A stretch of 64,000 nucleotides of DNA from Tubulanus polymorphus (taxonomy: Eukaryota; Animalia; Nemertea): assembly GCF_964204645.1 (NCBI RefSeq), contig NC_134025.1, positions 23,230,299 through 23,294,298 on the forward strand, read 5' to 3'. Shown here piece by piece: positions 60,950 through 64,000 of this stretch (its first letter is position 1; every line of letters begins with the position of its first letter). The position numbers were made by a program, and so were the translations under genes. The notes beneath the pieces were generated by a model. That model was not told the origin of the DNA, did no database searches, and was given only the letters and a program-made list of their open reading frames with translations.

Positions 60950-62034
60950 GTATGTCTTACTATTACGGGATCGTAGTGGACATTCGGGCTTATTGCGCTG
61001 TTTTAAAGTTATCGTGCATGAAAAAATCATGGGCAGTCAACTCTCCTTATATTGCCCGGGACATGGTTTTCTACAAGATCACTAACCCAAAAATTAGGGA
61101 AAAGCCATGGAAATTTCTTTCCTTTTTTTAAAGTAAATTTTGTTTAAAAAAAAACTTAAAAGTCAGGGAAAAGTGTTTGAAATTTGTTGAGATTGCTAGA
61201 ATGATCGTGCATAAAATCCAACAGTTTCCATCTATACCTTACGTATTTGACTGTTGATAAATTGGATTCTAAGCTAATCAAATCAGGGAAAACAACAGAT
61301 AAAAGTGGCCACCCTGAAAATTGAACGCAGAGGTGGGGGATAATCCAATGATTAGGATTTCCATGTAAAGAATAGATACATGTCGACGAAGCGCGGAGAG
61401 GATAAACATTCTTGAAATGATGGAATGGGAAACCCGTTCCACTGACGGCCAATACCCAAACCTGTGTCTGTGCCCGTGTTTTGGAAACATAACAGCCGCA
61501 CTGGTGCCCGCTTCTGCGTCCGTACAATGTCTCGTGGAAAACCAACCTAATCATTATCCGTAATAATTCTTAGATACTTGATTAGAAATTTGATGTATGA
61601 TAATTCAAATTGAAATGACCTTATGATTGGGCGGGCAGTAGGACAGTAGATATATATGTCTGTATCTAAGGGTGAAACTTCAGATTCGATGATAATTCAA
61701 TTACCTGCAACCACCAAATTTTGGCCTGATTCCAAAAACTGTCGATTTTATGCCGTGCTGCTAGTTTGTTTAATTGTTCAATGAATTATTCAAAGATTGG
61801 TATTCCCTCAATAATATGGCTCTTCACTAAATTGTAGCCTCTCGTGTGAAAGTATTCCATAAAAATTCCAATTATCAATAACTGTACTTGTTTCGTATTT
61901 TTGTATGTTGATTATTTTTTTTCTAATTTTTAGATTTTGAAAATAATATGATGCTTTTTTTATTTCATTCTAATTGTCTGAAGTTGAACTTTTTCCACCA
62001 TGCAAATAAACGAACTGTATTTTCTTTTTGATAG

Positions 62035-62133
62035 AATGGTAATTGCGCTATGCACGAGGCTGCCTGGAATGGTTACAGCAACACTTTGGAAATCCTCACA
62101 GAAGCTGGCGCTAACATTTTCCTCACAAACAAG
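62035..62133 (+). CDS. ANKRD6: ANKRD6-like coding exon 4
   Basis: TAG|NGNCAMHEAAWNGYSNTLEILTEAGANIFLTNK|GTATGT, 99 nt. Matches the ANKRD6 repeat GNTALHEASWHGFS as recalled. Confidence 0.9.
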
Positions 62134-62502
62134 GTATGTACCATAAACTTTGTTTGATGCTTTCCATTTACACCTTCAGTTTGTCACCAAATCGAGTTAT
62201 CTTAAAATACAGATTGAGCCTTTAATTTATTTGATTGACAGATTTCATTTGATTCGGTGTCCCTTACAAACCCACCACTCACCTGCCGGGAATGAAACAG
62301 GGGGTTTGATTTTAAAATCGGGAATCGAAGTACAGATATAGTTGTGCGATCGGCGATCGAATTTACAAAATTTTTACAGAGTTATTAGCCTGATAGCTTC
62401 ACTTCTAGCACCACCATTATACCGATCACCTAGTTAAGTTGCTAGACTTCATCTTAGCCAACATTTTCGCTCGAATCACTTTTTTTCATCAATCGTTTAC
62501 AG

Positions 62503-62601
62503 TCTGGTTTCACAGCGTTGCACTTGTCTTCTCAAAATGGCCACAACCAGAGCACACGCGTTCTCCTTCAAACGAATATGAATCCCGACATGAAAAACAA
62601 T
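62503..62601 (+). CDS. ANKRD6: ANKRD6-like coding exon 5
   Basis: CAG|SGFTALHLSSQNGHNQSTRVLLQTNMNPDMKNN|GTAAGT, 99 nt. Matches ANKRD6 ALHLACQNSHSQSTRVLL as recalled. Confidence 0.9.
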
Positions 62602-63215
62602 GTAAGTAAACGCTAGAAATTCACCGCACTAGATTCCAGAATTCTAGAACTACTTGCGGACCTCGTCGGTGCGTGTGAAATTGTTTGTCACTTTCATTTT
62701 AGTGTATTGTACTACCAGTTTTAGCCTTTTGTTTTGTTAATGTCTATATTTACTCTTGTACTAGTTACGATAAATGTTCTATATCAACTGATAATGCGTT
62801 CGGCCCGTTTGATTCTTTGTACGTACCAGGTTTCCCCCTGTGCGATATAGCATTTACCGTAATAATCCGCGAAAGTGTGGTAGACCCTCAAAGCATTTAA
62901 AATGTACTTAATATACAGTAAAACCACTCTGCTCGAAACTGTCGGAATAAACTGCTATATCGTAGGGTTCTGCTCGTCAACAGTAGAACCTGGTTATAAT
63001 GAACTCCAGTGTGACAATTTATTAGATTAAGAAATAAACTGAAGTCCTGCCTGAAATGATAAATTTTGTCGATTTTATGCAATAATGGTGAACATATTTT
63101 CAGTCTGGTGCCTATAATTTGTCGTCACAAGATTCCATTGTATTTTGTGAGTGTTCGTTGACTGAGGTGTTGAAATGTAATTACGTATGTTTTTATATAT
63201 TATTCTAATATATAG

Positions 63216-63314
63216 TATGGGGATACACCTCTACATACTGCTGCTAGATATGGCCACGCCGGTGTGAGCAGAATATTGATCAGCGCTCGATGTCGCATTA
63301 ACGAACAAAATAAG
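63216..63314 (+). CDS. ANKRD6: ANKRD6-like coding exon 6
   Basis: TAG|YGDTPLHTAARYGHAGVSRILISARCRINEQNK|GTACGT, 99 nt. Confidence 0.9.
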
Positions 63315-63675
63315 GTACGTACATACAGAAGTATTGGAGGATGGTCATTCGATTGCCGTCATTTAAACTCCTACTGCTTGACTGGAAGGCTGATATTAAT
63401 CTCAGTATTTCAGAATTTTGTGTCTCTGATGATGAACTTAAGTAAACAATTTGAAACTGTCAGAATAAACTTTATGGATTTTTACTCATTAACTCCCATT
63501 TCTTGTTAATCTATAAATTGTGAGTTGATAAAGCTTAATTTTTACCAGGAACTATATAATCTTGGTAGCCTAGTATTTCTTTAGTTTCAGTTGTGGCTAT
63601 TTCATGTAGATATCTTTTTCGGTTTTAATCGCTATTTGTCTAGTAAATTATCGAATTAATGTTGTTTATTATCAG

Positions 63676-63774
63676 AACGGAGATACAGCTCTTCATATAG
63701 CAGCTGCTTTGAAAAGACGCAAAATAACGAAGATTATCTGCGAGGCTGGTGTCGACAAGAATATCTGTAACAAG
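63676..63774 (+). CDS. ANKRD6: ANKRD6-like coding exon 7
   Basis: CAG|NGDTALHIAAALKRRKITKIICEAGVDKNICNK|GTAGGC, 99 nt. Confidence 0.9.
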
Positions 63775-63919
63775 GTAGGCATAGATTTTTTGACACGTAC
63801 GTGGGTGTGCTACGTAACTAATACTTTGAATTCGTAATGAAGGTGTTTGTTGTCAATTGAATAGATCCTTCGTTCCCGATTGACCACTTGATCATGAATT
63901 CTAATTTTTTCTATTCTAG

Positions 63920-64000
63920 CAAAATGAATCTGCCATTGATGTAGCTCGACGAAAGGGCCATTTAGAAGTTATCCGTATTATCCAGACTCAGTCATCGGTG
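63920..64000 (+). CDS. ANKRD6: ANKRD6-like coding exon 8 (3' end at or beyond the window edge)
   Basis: TAG|QNESAIDVARRKGHLEVIRIIQTQSSV, the last ankyrin-like repeat. Confidence 0.82.

Overview
AT-rich eukaryotic DNA with GT-AG introns, most likely from an invertebrate animal (inferred from gene and transposon content); no prokaryotic features and no CRISPR. From left to right: (1) 2.8-9.9 kb, a minus-strand tandem array of four intronless class A GPCR copies, each disrupted as written. (2) 10-20 kb, a field of MITEs, minisatellites and G-rich tracts that includes a Harbinger derivative with a decayed MADF ORF. (3) 20-42.7 kb, a plus-strand, apparently non-coding multi-exon structure with short introns, interrupted by three same-orientation DIRS1-type tyrosine-recombinase retrotransposons. 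The copy at 30094-36128 is structurally complete (ITRs, ICR, gag, RT-RNase H-methyltransferase, YR), and none of the three copies has matching left and right flanks. (4) 43-48 kb, nested DNA transposons and a 5'-truncated RTEX-like LINE. (5) 48-56 kb, a tandem pair of heparan sulfate 3-O-sulfotransferase genes with substitutions clustered near substrate-binding positions. (6) 57.6-64 kb, the first eight coding exons of an ANKRD6/diversin/diego-like ankyrin-repeat gene, which runs off the window. All coordinates and alignments were read by eye; no searches were run.
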